In this document: one piece after another, positions 38,664-49,609 of the stretch
Numbering within the stretch: the stretch's first letter is position 1
Layout: each line of letters opens with the position of its first letter
DNA from: Nitrospirota bacterium
Lineage (GTDB): Bacteria; Nitrospirota; JACRHJ01
Assembly: GCA_963845245.1 (NCBI GenBank)
Contig: CAWJRJ010000024.1
Location: 64,001 to 128,000, forward strand
Length of the DNA stretch: 64,000 nt
Direction: 5' to 3'
Translations under genes and position numbers: made by a program
The notes under the pieces: model-generated
Databases searched by the model: none
The model's input: only the letters and a program-made list of their open reading frames with translations
Told to the model about the DNA's origin: nothing

Positions 38664-39425
38664 TTGAATATTCTTGCCAGGGGCGGCACCGACATTGGCC
38701 GCAAAAGGGCCCTGAACGAGGACTGCTACGGGATTTTTGATGAGCTTGGCCTGTTCGTGGTGGCAGACGGGATGGGAGGGCATGCTGCCGGGGAGGTTGC
38801 AAGCCGTGCCGCTGTTGATACCCTGAGGGATTTCATAGCCGCCACCAGGGAACCTGACGAAGCGACCTGGCCCTTCCAGCTTGACAGCGAGCTGCCCCGT
38901 GCCGCAAACCGGCTAATATCCGGCATTAAGCTTGCCAACCAGGCCATAAACAAGTCATCCCAGGAGAGCCTTGACAAGAAGGGCATGGGGACCACCATTG
39001 TGGCTGCCATAGTCGAAGGCGACGAGCTCTTCCTTGCGCATGTGGGCGATTCAAGGGCCTACCTTTTTTCAAACGGGATGATACGCAGGATAACCTCTGA
39101 CCACTCCTATGTGGAAGAGATGGTGCTGGCCGGCCACATCACCCTGGACCAGGCGCGCGTGCATCCGATGAGGAACATCATCACGCGGGCGCTCGGCACC
39201 AAAGCGGACGTCGCCGTGGATTTGAGCAGACACCACCCATCCCCAGGCGACATATACCTCCTTTGCAGCGACGGCCTGTCCGGGATGCTGACCGACGGCG
39301 AGATAGCCCGAATAATAAGCGACAATACCGCTGACATCTCCGCCTGTATCGATGGACTGATTAAAGGTGCAAACGAGAAGGGCGGGGACGACAACATAAC
39401 CGCCATACTTTTGAAGGCGTTTTGA
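38664..39425 (+). CDS. PP2C-type Ser/Thr protein phosphatase (Stp1/PrpC)
   Basis: RALNED, VADGMGGH, GMGTT, HVGDSRAY, LCSDGL, DNIT. Confidence 0.94.
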   Translation: MNILARGGTDIGRKRALNEDCYGIFDELGLFVVADGMGGHAAGEVASRAAVDTLRDFIAATREPDEATWPFQLDSELPRAANRLISGIKLANQAINKSSQESLDKKGMGTTIVAAIVEGDELFLAHVGDSRAYLFSNGMIRRITSDHSYVEEMVLAGHITLDQARVHPMRNIITRALGTKADVAVDLSRHHPSPGDIYLLCSDGLSGMLTDGEIARIISDNTADISACIDGLIKGANEKGGDDNITAILLKAF

Positions 39426-39476
39426 GTTTTCTGTAAAATAACCCGAAAACAACTGCCTTTTCAAGCAAAGAGGTTA

Positions 39477-41217
39477 ATGTTCTCCCTTAAAGGAACCACA
39501 GGCTGGGGACAGGAAAAGAGGGACACGGCTGCCTTCCTCCTTATTGCGGCGATAATAAGTATCTCATACCTGCAGGCAATCTCCTACGGATTCATAACCG
39601 ACGACTTCGGCCTTGTCGTAAACAACCCCAATATCAAATCCTGGTCCAGCATAGGACATATTTTCTCTTCCGGTTATTGGGACTCTGCGGGCTGCACGCG
39701 TGGGCTTTACAGGCCGCTTGCAATACTTTCCTTTCTAGTTGAGTATTCCATCTTCGGGCTGAACCCTGCCGTTTACCATCTCGACAACATCGTCCTGCAC
39801 CTGGCGGCCTCGGTCCTCTGCTACCTGCTGCTGAAAGAGGTCTTCAAGGATTCGCTGGTCCCGCTGTACTCCGCACTGCTTTTTGCAGCACACCCGGTCC
39901 ACACGGAGGCGGTGACATGGGTATCAGGAAGGGCAGAACTCCTGGCCGCAGTCCTCTCCCTAATTTCCATGTACATCTTCATTAAGAGACGCGGAAACAT
40001 CTTTTTTCTTTTTCTTTCCTTGCTGACTTTCTTCCTGGCCTTGCTCACCAAAGAGTCCTCTGCGACGGTCCCGCTGCTTTTGACACTTTACCTTTTGATT
40101 ATTGAACAAAAAAGAAAATGGACAGGTTATATAGGTACCGTTATGCCCTATTTTGCCGTCCTCGCGGTATTCCTGGTCCTGAAGTATAGGGTCATCGGCA
40201 CATTGGGCCCGCAGAGGTGGGACCAGGCGTTCTGGGGTATGCCTCTGGGGCAGCGGTTTCTTACCATGTGCGTTGCCTTGTACGAGTACATACGGCTCGG
40301 CTTCCTGCCTTTTGACCTCAAGGCGGACTATATCTTTCCTCCGCCAGATTCCTTCATGCACCCGAAAGTCATTTTTATATTTATGATTGTTGTGCTGCTC
40401 GCCGTATTCGCCCGCAGGCTGGCCCAGGCTTCGAGGCCCGCGTTATTTGCTGCCCTATGGTTCTTCGCAGCCCTAGCCCCGGTATCTAATATCATCCCAG
40501 CTGGTATAATAATGTCTGAAAGGGCGATGTACATGCCGTCTCTTGGAAGCTGCATACTTCTTGGCATGTTGGTGTCAGGCACGGCCGGTACTATTACCAG
40601 CAAGCGGCTCCCGGCATATTACCAGCATCTTCTGGTGGCCGCCATGCTTATCCTTTTTGTTGTATCCACAACTTCGAGGAACGGCGTCTGGCACAACCAG
40701 GAGAGTTTTATCACGACCTATTTATCCATGCTGCAAAATGGGGAGAAGGAACATCCCGGACATGCACCGCTGTACAAAGAAGAGGCCCGGATACGCACAA
40801 GGTACCTGGACAGCGGCCCGGAAACCATGAGGGCGGTACGGCAGGCAATAATGCGGTCCGGCCCCGATTTCGAACTTCATGCAATGCTTTCCGGACTGTA
40901 CTCCCAGAAGGGGATGGATGAGGCCGCACTTTCGGAGATTCGGGAAGCGATCCGTCTTTACCCGCAGAGCTATTACTTCGACTATGAAGGGGACCATCCT
41001 GTCGCGGCTGGGAAGGTTGTCAGAAGCCTTGCAATCAGTCGATACCGCTATCAGGCTGAACGCGCGCGAAGCGCAGTTCCACATAGACAGGAAAGAGATA
41101 CTTTTAAGTTTAGGGCGGAAAGAGGAGGCCCTTGAAGAATTAAGCATTGCACACAGGCTCGACCCTGACATTAGTGAGAACGCCACAATGGGCAACGAAC
41201 CCGGGCTTTGCCGTTAA
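39477..41217 (+). CDS. TMTC-like GT-C membrane protein with C-terminal TPRs; frameshift near 40990
   Basis: FITDD, YRPL, HPVHTEAVTWVSGR, KES, ERAMYMPS, RNGVW, then TPRs. Confidence 0.85.
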
Positions 41218-41218
41218 A

Positions 41219-44200
41219 ATGATTAGACTACCAGACTATTTAAGTGGCAGTCCAGACTCTTCTCTTTCAAGGCTGTCGGAGCTTGGGTATAAACTCCCTG
41301 ACAAGGCGCTTGCAAACCTTGGACTCCTTGCTGAGGGTACGGACGGCCCGCGCTACACGGACATAATTGCCGCAATTGTGACGACATGCTCGTCTTCGTC
41401 CGACCCGGACGCCTGTCTAAACAACTTTGAACGTCTGTCTTCGTCCTGCGAATCCCGTGATGGGTTTCTGCGCATTATATCCGAGAGCCCGGAGAGAGTA
41501 AGGACGCTTGCCCCCGTCCTGGCGGCCAGCCAGTTTCTTACCCGGTTTATAATGGGAGACCCTGAAGGCATCATCGCATGGCTGTTTGAGCCTGGACGGC
41601 TTGGCCAGCCGAAGGAACGGGACGAGCTAATACGTGAATGTCTCGCCTTCTGTCCGCCCGCTACCCCGGTCGAGGAAGCCATATCAAAGCTGAGGGAGTT
41701 CAAGTACAGGGAATTCATACGCATTACGGCACGCGACCTCACCGGCATGGCCGGGCTTGCCGAGACCACACTTGAACTGAGCAACCTTGCGGATGCGGCG
41801 CTTGAGACAGCACTCAGGGTATCGGTAGAGGAACTGGAAAAGAAATACGGACACCCTCAGTATACGCCCTCGGAAGGGAGAAAGAAGCGGTGCCCCTTCA
41901 CCGTCATCGCGATGGGGAAACTTGGCGGCAGGGAGCTGAACTTCTCCTCCGACATAGACATAATGTATCTTTACCTCACCGACAAGGGCGAGACCTCCGG
42001 CCCTCAAAAGATTACCAACCACCAGTACTTCGTCAAAGTCGGGGAGCTGATAAACAGGCTGATCGGACAGAAGACGCAGGACGGGTTCGTATTCAGGGTG
42101 GACCTGCGGCTGAGACCCGAAGGAGAGCGCGGCGACCTGGTCCAAAGCCTTGCAGGTTACGAGCTTTATTATGAGTCATGGGGCCAGACGTGGGAGCGTT
42201 CCGCCCTTCTGAAAGCGCGCCCGTGTGCGGGCGACACGGAACTGGGAAAGGCCTTTCTTGAAACCATCAGGCCTTTCGTCTTCAGAAAGTACCTGGACTA
42301 TTCCGCCATCAGCGAGATACGGGACATGAAGCTGCGCGTTGAGAAGAACGCGCGCGCCCATGGCCAGAGCTCGATAGACCTGAAGCTCGGGTCTGGCGGG
42401 ATCCGGGAGATAGAGTTTTTCATATCCGTCCTGCAACTCATATACGGGGCGCGTGAACAGGGGATACGCGAGAAGAACTCGCTGAAGGCACTTCACCGTC
42501 TCGCGCTTAAGAACCTTATATCATTTGGGGAACAGCATGACCTGTCAGACGCTTATAATTTTCTTAGGACCGCCGAACACAGGCTCCAGGTGGTTGACGA
42601 ACGTCAGACACATTCGCTGAACAATACGATGGAAGAGGTACAACATCTCGCAATGAGGATGGGCTTCCGTGACAAGGACGGCTTGTCCGCAGGCGAGATA
42701 TTCATTGCCGAGCTTACACGGCACAACAACCGTGTGCGCCAGATATATGACGGCCTCCTTTCCGAGCAGGCTGTGGATGTTTTCGATACGGACGGCGGTT
42801 TTTCCGCCCTGCTCGAAATAGACATCTCTGAGGATGAAGGCGTTCAGCTTCTCGAAAAGAAAGGGTTCCACGACCCTCGACAGTCATACATGAACTTCCT
42901 CCTGCTGCGTGACGGCTCACCCAGCTCGCCGCTTACCCCCAGGAGCAGAGGGCTGTTCATCAAGATCATACCGGCCCTGCTGGAAGGATGCGCCCAGTCG
43001 CCGGACCCGGATATGGCCCTTGCAAGGCTGGAATCATTCGTGGCGGCGTTCGGTTCCCGTGAGGCTATATACGATTTCATCAGCGCACAGCCTGAGGCCG
43101 CGCGACGAGTTACAAGGTTGCTTGGCTGGAGCGATTATTTTTCAAGGCTGCTCATAACCTACCCGGAGCTTAGCGACTCGCTTCTTTTCGCGGGAAATGA
43201 AGCATTGATGAAGACACGCGATGAAATGGCAGGCGAACTTGAGAAGGAACTTGCAAAGCACGATACCCTTGCCGACATGATGGACATCCTCCGGAAATAC
43301 AAGCATGCTGAAGAACTGCGCATCGGAATACACGATATCCTGAACGACCCCGGCACAAAAACGACTTCACATTCCCTGACCACACTGGCAGAGGTCGTCC
43401 TTGAGAAAACCTTGTTTCTTGCTGCCGAGGACACGGAGTCGAGATACGGCCAACCATCGGACATCAATAAAGGCTCCGGGATCGCAGTTGCCGGGTTCGG
43501 CAAGCTCGGCTCGGGTGAGTTGGGGTACGGCTCGGACCTTGACATAATATTCCTGTACCTGGGGTCCGAAGCCGGCGGAAAGACAACGGGTATAGGCCTG
43601 ACGGAATATTATACAAGACTCTCTGAGCGGGCAATATTCATACTGACGTCGTTGACGCGGGAGGGCTTCCTGTTCCGTGTGGATACGAGGCTTCGGCCGG
43701 GCGGCACAAAAGGCGTGCTCGCGCACAACATCGAGAGCCTGCATGAATACTACATTAAAAAGGCATCGGTATGGGAGCTGCAGGCGCTGACCCGCGCAAG
43801 GGGCGTTGCAGGCGATATCCGCCTGGTATCCTCATTCGAGAAGATGCGCAGTGAGATACTCATGACCCCGAAAGACACCAGCACGGTGAAGGCCGCAGTC
43901 AAGGCAATGCGCACGCGCATCGAGCGAGAGCTTGGCAAAAAGGTCAAAGGCGGATATCATATAAAATACGGCAAGGGCGGCCTGGTGGACATAGAGTTCA
44001 TGATCCAGTGCCTTCAGTTGACCGAAGGGCCAAATCGGACCGCTATTCTTACTCCGGATACACTTTTCGCCCTAGACAAGATTACAGACCTCGGACTTCT
44101 GCCCGATGGCGAAAAGTTGAAGGAGTCATACCTTTTCCTGAAGGACCTTGAATCCTGCCTGCGAATAACATCCAGCCAGGCCGAAACTATCCTGCCTGAG

Positions 44201-44335
44201 GACCCGGCGAAGTTAGTGGTTATTGCCGCACGCATGGGGTACGGGAAAGAAACCAGCGCAGGAAAGAAACTGCTGGACGATTACTTGATGCATACGGGCA
44301 ATGTCCGACAAGTTTACGAGAGATTTTTCAATTAA
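41219..44335 (+). CDS. glnE: Bifunctional glutamine synthetase adenylyltransferase/adenylyl-removing enzyme
   Basis: Duplicated NTase domains MGKLGGRELNFSSDID and FGKLGSGELGYGSDLD; RVDLRLRP, WER. Confidence 0.95.
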   Translation: MIRLPDYLSGSPDSSLSRLSELGYKLPDKALANLGLLAEGTDGPRYTDIIAAIVTTCSSSSDPDACLNNFERLSSSCESRDGFLRIISESPERVRTLAPVLAASQFLTRFIMGDPEGIIAWLFEPGRLGQPKERDELIRECLAFCPPATPVEEAISKLREFKYREFIRITARDLTGMAGLAETTLELSNLADAALETALRVSVEELEKKYGHPQYTPSEGRKKRCPFTVIAMGKLGGRELNFSSDIDIMYLYLTDKGETSGPQKITNHQYFVKVGELINRLIGQKTQDGFVFRVDLRLRPEGERGDLVQSLAGYELYYESWGQTWERSALLKARPCAGDTELGKAFLETIRPFVFRKYLDYSAISEIRDMKLRVEKNARAHGQSSIDLKLGSGGIREIEFFISVLQLIYGAREQGIREKNSLKALHRLALKNLISFGEQHDLSDAYNFLRTAEHRLQVVDERQTHSLNNTMEEVQHLAMRMGFRDKDGLSAGEIFIAELTRHNNRVRQIYDGLLSEQAVDVFDTDGGFSALLEIDISEDEGVQLLEKKGFHDPRQSYMNFLLLRDGSPSSPLTPRSRGLFIKIIPALLEGCAQSPDPDMALARLESFVAAFGSREAIYDFISAQPEAARRVTRLLGWSDYFSRLLITYPELSDSLLFAGNEALMKTRDEMAGELEKELAKHDTLADMMDILRKYKHAEELRIGIHDILNDPGTKTTSHSLTTLAEVVLEKTLFLAAEDTESRYGQPSDINKGSGIAVAGFGKLGSGELGYGSDLDIIFLYLGSEAGGKTTGIGLTEYYTRLSERAIFILTSLTREGFLFRVDTRLRPGGTKGVLAHNIESLHEYYIKKASVWELQALTRARGVAGDIRLVSSFEKMRSEILMTPKDTSTVKAAVKAMRTRIERELGKKVKGGYHIKYGKGGLVDIEFMIQCLQLTEGPNRTAILTPDTLFALDKITDLGLLPDGEKLKESYLFLKDLESCLRITSSQAETILPEDPAKLVVIAARMGYGKETSAGKKLLDDYLMHTGNVRQVYERFFN

Positions 44336-44350
44336 TATAGGAGGCTTTCG

Positions 44351-45473
44351 ATGTCCAGGGTATTTTTCACGAACGCGCGCGGGCTTAAATGGGACTACAA
44401 ACACAGCCTTGTGGGCAGGCTTGAGCGGATGCTGTCGGAGTCAGGCTTTATGGGGGCTTTCGGCAATAAGGAGTGGGTCGCGGTCAAGACGCATTTCGGC
44501 TCTGAGGGCGCGCACCGCATAATAAGGCCGGTCTTCCTGCGCAAGGTCGTGGATGCGGTCAAGACCGCAGGGGCGGTCCCGTTCGTCACCGACACCGTGC
44601 GCATCATGGGGCTTGATTACTTAGAAGTTGCAAACCAGAACGGGATAAACCACCTCTCGGTCGGCGCGCCCGTAATACTTGCGGACGGCATATACGGAAA
44701 GGACAGCATACTGGTGAAGGCGGGCGAGCTGCTGGGCGAGATCGCAGTGGCCTCTGCCATTTACGACGCACCGGCGATGATAGTCTGCTCGCACATCAAG
44801 GGCCACATACAGGCGGGCTACGCGGGTGCGATAAAGAACCTCGCGATGGGCGGCGTATCGTCCGTGCACCGGGAAGGCGGCTGGAAGAAGGGGCGCGGCC
44901 AGATGCACTGCCACGGCGAGGTGCCGATTAACTGGGACTTCGAGACATGCGTATACTGCCAGCAGTGCGAGAACGTATGCCCCAAGGATGCCATAAACTT
45001 CGTGGACGAGAAGTTCTCCTACGACATGAAGAAGTGCTGGTACTGCGGCCGCTGCACACGGGTATGCCCGTCCGGGAGCCTCGTGCTGCCTGTCGCGGAT
45101 ACCATGTTCCAGAAGACGCTTGCGGAGTCCGCCGCAGCCGTGCTGTCCACCTTCAAGCCCGGCAAGGTGCTCTACATAAACTTCATGACCGAGATACAGC
45201 CCGAGTGCGACTGCATGCCATCATGCGACACGCCGATGTTGCAGGACCAGGGGATAATGATGTCGGACGACCTCGTAGCGATCGAGCAGGCGACGATAGA
45301 CATTTTAAGGAAGGCGTCCCCGCTCCCGCAGTCTGTCGCGGAGGAACGCGGTTGCAAGCCGGGCGACGACGTGCTTGCTATGGTCAACCCGCGCGACTAT
45401 AACCTTCAGGTCAGCGAAGCGGAGCGGCTCGGGCTCGGGAGCAGTGACGTATGAGATAACCGAGATAGACTGA
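44351..45473 (+). CDS. DUF362 protein with 2[4Fe-4S] insert; probable frameshift near 45450
   Basis: VAVKTHFG, SHIKGH, GAIKNLAMG, two CxxCxxCxxxCP, PECDC. Confidence 0.85.
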
Positions 45474-45504
45474 CGGGTGGGTGTAATACGAACTGGACTG
45501 GGTT

Positions 45505-47050
45505 TTAGAGCGGTCTCCATGCGTCCGCGTCTTTTTTGAAGCAGCGCATCCGCTTCGACCGGGCCTGCCGACCCTGCCGGGTAACTTGGGATGTTGACCG
45601 CCTGCGAGCCGGATTCTATCTTGTCGAGCAGGGGCTCGAAAAGCTCCCACGCAAGCTCCTCGGCGTCGCCCCGCACGAACAGCATCTGGTCGCCGTTCAT
45701 GCAGTCGAGCAGGACGCGCTCGTAGGCGTCCAGCAGGCTCAATTTCTCGTAAGTATAGTCCATCAGCACCGGCCTCAGGCATATCTTCGTCTCCGGCATC
45801 TTCGTCTGGAAATCGAGGCTGATACCCTCGTCCGGCTGCACCCGAAGCACGAGCACGTTCGGCTCGATCTCATCCCCTACGACATTCGAGAACATGAGGT
45901 GCGGCACGTGCCGGAAGGTTATCGCGATCTCGGCCTTGCGGCCCGCAAGCCTTTTGCCTGAACGCAGATAGAACGGTACCCCGCTCCACCGCCAGTTGTC
46001 GATGTACAGCCTCAGTGCCGCATACGTCGCAGTATTGGAATCTGGAGCAACACCGGGTTCATCTCTGTATGCCGGGACGCGACTGCCGTCTATCTCTCCT
46101 GCGGCGTACTGGCCAAGCACGACATCAGTTAACGGGTCTGACTGGTTGAACCGCCTGATGGAGCGGATGACTTTAGCCTTCTCCTCACGCACACGTTCCG
46201 CTTCGAAGACGGCGGGCGGCTCCATTGCGCAAAGCGTCAGGAGCTGGAGCAGATGGTTCTGGAACATGTCGCGTATGACGCCCGACTTCTCGTAGTACCC
46301 AGCCCGGTGTTCCACGCCTACCGTCTCTGAAATGGTTATCTGTACGTTGTCAATGTAGCGTCTGTTCCAGAGCGGCTCGAAAATCGAGTTGGCGAACCGG
46401 AACATCAGGATGTTCTGCACGTTCTCCTTCGCGAGGTAATGGTCCATGCGGTAGACCTGGCGTTCGCTGAAATGCTTCAGCAGTACACGGTTGAGGCTCT
46501 TTGATGACTCGATGTCGCGCCCGAACGGCTTCTCCACGACGACCCGCGAACAGCCGCACTCCTCCTTTGAAAGCCCGGAGACTCCGAGGTTTTCTATTGC
46601 CGTCTCGTAGATGGTCGGAGGAAGGGCAAGGTAGAATATGCGGTTCCCGCCCGTGCCGTGCGCCTTCTCAAGCTCAGGCAGGCGTCCCTTCACAGACTCA
46701 TAAAATCTTATATCGCCGAAGTCTCCCTGAAGATAATACAGTCTCTTCTCAAACCCGGACCAAAGTACGTCTGTGTATAGATCGGGGTAGGCCTCCCTGA
46801 CCGCGTCCTTCATGGACGCCCTGAACCATGCGTCGTCATGGTCCTCTATTGCGGCACCCAGCACGAAGAAGCCATCGGAGATGTGGTTATCGGCCATGAG
46901 GTGGTAGAGCGACGGGATGATCTTCCTGTGGGTCAGGTCGCCCGAGGCCCCGAACAGTATAAGCCCGCACGGCGGCGGGTTCTCGATTGAACATCTGTCT
47001 GCCGGTTGCCCTGCCTCACATCGCGCCCTGTCATACCCGCCCGGTTCCAT
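45505..47050 (-). CDS. zwf: Glucose-6-phosphate dehydrogenase; frameshift near 45535
   Basis: GASGDL, EKPFG, RMDHYLAK, QNHLLQ. After correction the terminus reads ...AWRPL*. Confidence 0.95.
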
Positions 47051-47511
47051 CTATATGCTCCCCCCACCCTCAAGTTTTGATATCTTGGAAAGCCGCCTTA
47101 CAAACCGCTCTTCGGCCTTGAACGAGGCCGCAAGGAACGCGCGACACAAGCTCCCATGCCATCTCTATACCGACCACCCTTCCGCCCAGGCAGACCATGT
47201 TCATGTCGTCGTCCTCAACACCCTGGTGTGCAGAGAAGGTGTCGTGTATCAAGTGCGGCCCGGGCGCCGGCCACCTTGTTGGCGGCTATCGATGCGCCGA
47301 CACCGCTCCCACACACGGCGATCCCGCGCGAGACTTCACCCGCAGCGACGGCGCTCGCAAGGGGGACAACGTAATCGGGGTAATCGTCGGAATCGATTTT
47401 TTCGTGTGCACCGAAATCGGTCACGATAAAACCTTTAAGTCGGAGCCTTTTTATCAGGTCTTCCTTCAGCTCAAAGCCGCCATGGTCGCACGCGATGCCT
47501 ACGGTAAGCAT
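47051..47511 (-). CDS. rpiB: Ribose-5-phosphate isomerase B; frameshifted, end approximate
   Basis: [32 protein letters not shown]. Confidence 0.88.
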
Positions 47512-47514
47512 GTG

Positions 47515-48427
47515 TCAGCCACCGGCCTTCTTTTTAAAGCCGTGCCCGCCGAACTCGTCCCGCATGGCGGCTAGCAGTTTGTCCGAGAAGCTGTCTTCCT
47601 GTCGGGAACGGAACCTCTGGAAGAGCGCGGCGGAGATAAGCGGCGCGGGCACACCAGTGTCTACCGCCTGCTGCACCGTCCACCTGCCCTCGCCCGAGTC
47701 CTGCACGTAGCCCTTTATCCCCTCCAGCTTCCCGTATTTTGAAAATGCGCTCCCTGCGAATTCCAGGAGCCATGAACGTATTATGCTGCCGTTGTTCCAA
47801 AGGTTAGAGACCTGGGCGAAATCGAGGTGTTGCCCGTACGGCGAGGCCTCCATTATCTCGAAGCCCTCACCGTACGCCGCCATCAGGGCGTACTCTATCC
47901 CGTTATGCACCATCTTCACGAAATGCCCTGCCCCGGATGGCCCGCAGTACATGTACCCGCCTTCGGGCGCAAGCGTCTTGAAGACCGGGACGAGCGTCTC
48001 GTACGCGGCCTTCTCTCCACCCAGCATCAGACAGTAGCCCTTTTCAAGCCCCCATATCCCGCTGCTCACGCCTGCGTCGATGAGGAAGATGCCGGAATTC
48101 CTAAGCCTTGCCTCCTGCTCGATGGCATCCTTGAAGTAGCTGTTGCCTCCCTCGATGACCGTGTCTCCACTGCCGAGCAGGCCTTCAAGTTTTTCTATGG
48201 TGTCGGCGACGGGTTTCCCCGCAGGCAGCATCAACCATACCGCCCTGGGCGGCGTCAGCTGTTCCACCAGGCTCTCCATCGTATAGGCCGCCTTCGCACC
48301 TTCTGCGGCGAGGGCATCTATGTTTTCCTTCGATACGTCGTAGACGACGACCTCATGCCCGCCCCGCAAGCAGCCTTCTGGCCATGTTGCCGCCCATCTT
48401 CCCAAGCCCTATCATGCCGATCCGCAT
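47515..48427 (-). CDS. gnd: 6-phosphogluconate dehydrogenase, short decarboxylating type; frameshift near 48370
   Basis: MRIGMIGLGKMG, GHFVKMVHNGIEY, DSGEGRW, FGGH. Confidence 0.94.
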
Positions 48428-48441
48428 CTTTTGTCTCCAGT

Positions 48442-49587
48442 CTATGCCGCAGTCGCACGGAACAATTCCATCTTGCGGGCAATGGCCATCAGCACGTCGT
48501 AGAAGGACTGCGTAAATTTGGCGACGCCCTCCTGCTCCAACTTCAGCCCAACGTCTTCCATCATTATACCAAGCGAGGACACCGTCTTAAAAACAAGCCT
48601 GGCCTCCTGGATATTATCCTCTATCGACCCATTCACGCTGCCGTGGTCCTCGAACTTGTTTATGGTATCGGTCGGTATCGTGTTGACGGTATTTTTTGCA
48701 ACCAGTTCTTCCACATACTTTACATCGCTGTACTTCGGGTTCTTCGTGCCGGTGCTCCCCCAGAGAAGCCTCTGCTCCAGTGCGCCTTTATCTCTGAGAA
48801 TCTTGAAGCGCTCTCCATCAAAGATCTCCTTGTACATCTGGTAGGCCAGCTTGCAGTTGGCAACACCCACCTTGCCTTACAGTGCCGTTATCCTGTCCTT
48901 TTCGATGTCAGTGGCGGCAGTTTGTATTTTCTCGTCGAGGATGCCGTCCACGAGGGTATCCACCCTGCTGACAAAGAAGCTCGCAATGGACACTATCCCT
49001 TCGACCGGCAGACCGTTCACTACCCTCTTCTCAAGCCCGCGGATGTATGCCTCGGCCACATCGCGGTAGCGACCCAGAGAAAAGAGGAGCGTGACGTTTA
49101 CGTTGACGCCTTCGAAGGTGAGCTGCTCTATTGCCCTGAGGCCCTTTTCAGTCGCCGGAACCTTGACCAGCACGTTCTTTTTCCCTATCTCGCTGAAAAT
49201 GCGTCTCGCCTCGTTTATGGTAGCGTCGGTGTAGTATGCCAGGTCGGGCGATACCTCGATGCTAACAAAACCGTCCCGACCGCCCGACGATTCATAGACC
49301 GGGTACAGTACGTCCGCGGCCTCAGATATGTCCTCCATGGTCAGGGCCATGTATATGTCCCTCTCGTCCCGGATGCCGCCCCTCACCATCTGCATTATCG
49401 AGCTGTCATAGATCTCGCTTCCCTCGATCGCCTTCTGGAATATCGTAGGGTTTGACGTCACCCCGCTTATCCCGTCCACCTCTATGAGTTTCTTGAGGCG
49501 TCCGGACCTGATCATATCCCTGCTGAGGTCGTCCAGCCACACACTCTGGCCGGCATCTTTCAGTTCGTGTAGTTTTATTGCAGCCAT
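48442..49587 (-). CDS. tal: Transaldolase, long type; frameshift near 48875
   Basis: QSVWLDD, GVTSNPTIF, VKVPAT, NVTLLFS, SFFVSRVD, QRLLWGSTG. Confidence 0.92.
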
Positions 49588-49609
49588 AACCACCTCCCCC
49601 GGCCGGAAC

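Noticed and set aside
45305..45504. C-terminal extension of Zwf overlapping the DUF362 gene
   Set aside because: Artefact of a frameshift in an A-run near 45535; the corrected frame ends at 45505.
47827..49455. 542-aa plus-strand ORF and other long antisense ORFs such as 2395..3387 and 11905..12663
   Set aside because: These are shadows of well-supported genes on the opposite strand and have no recognisable motifs.
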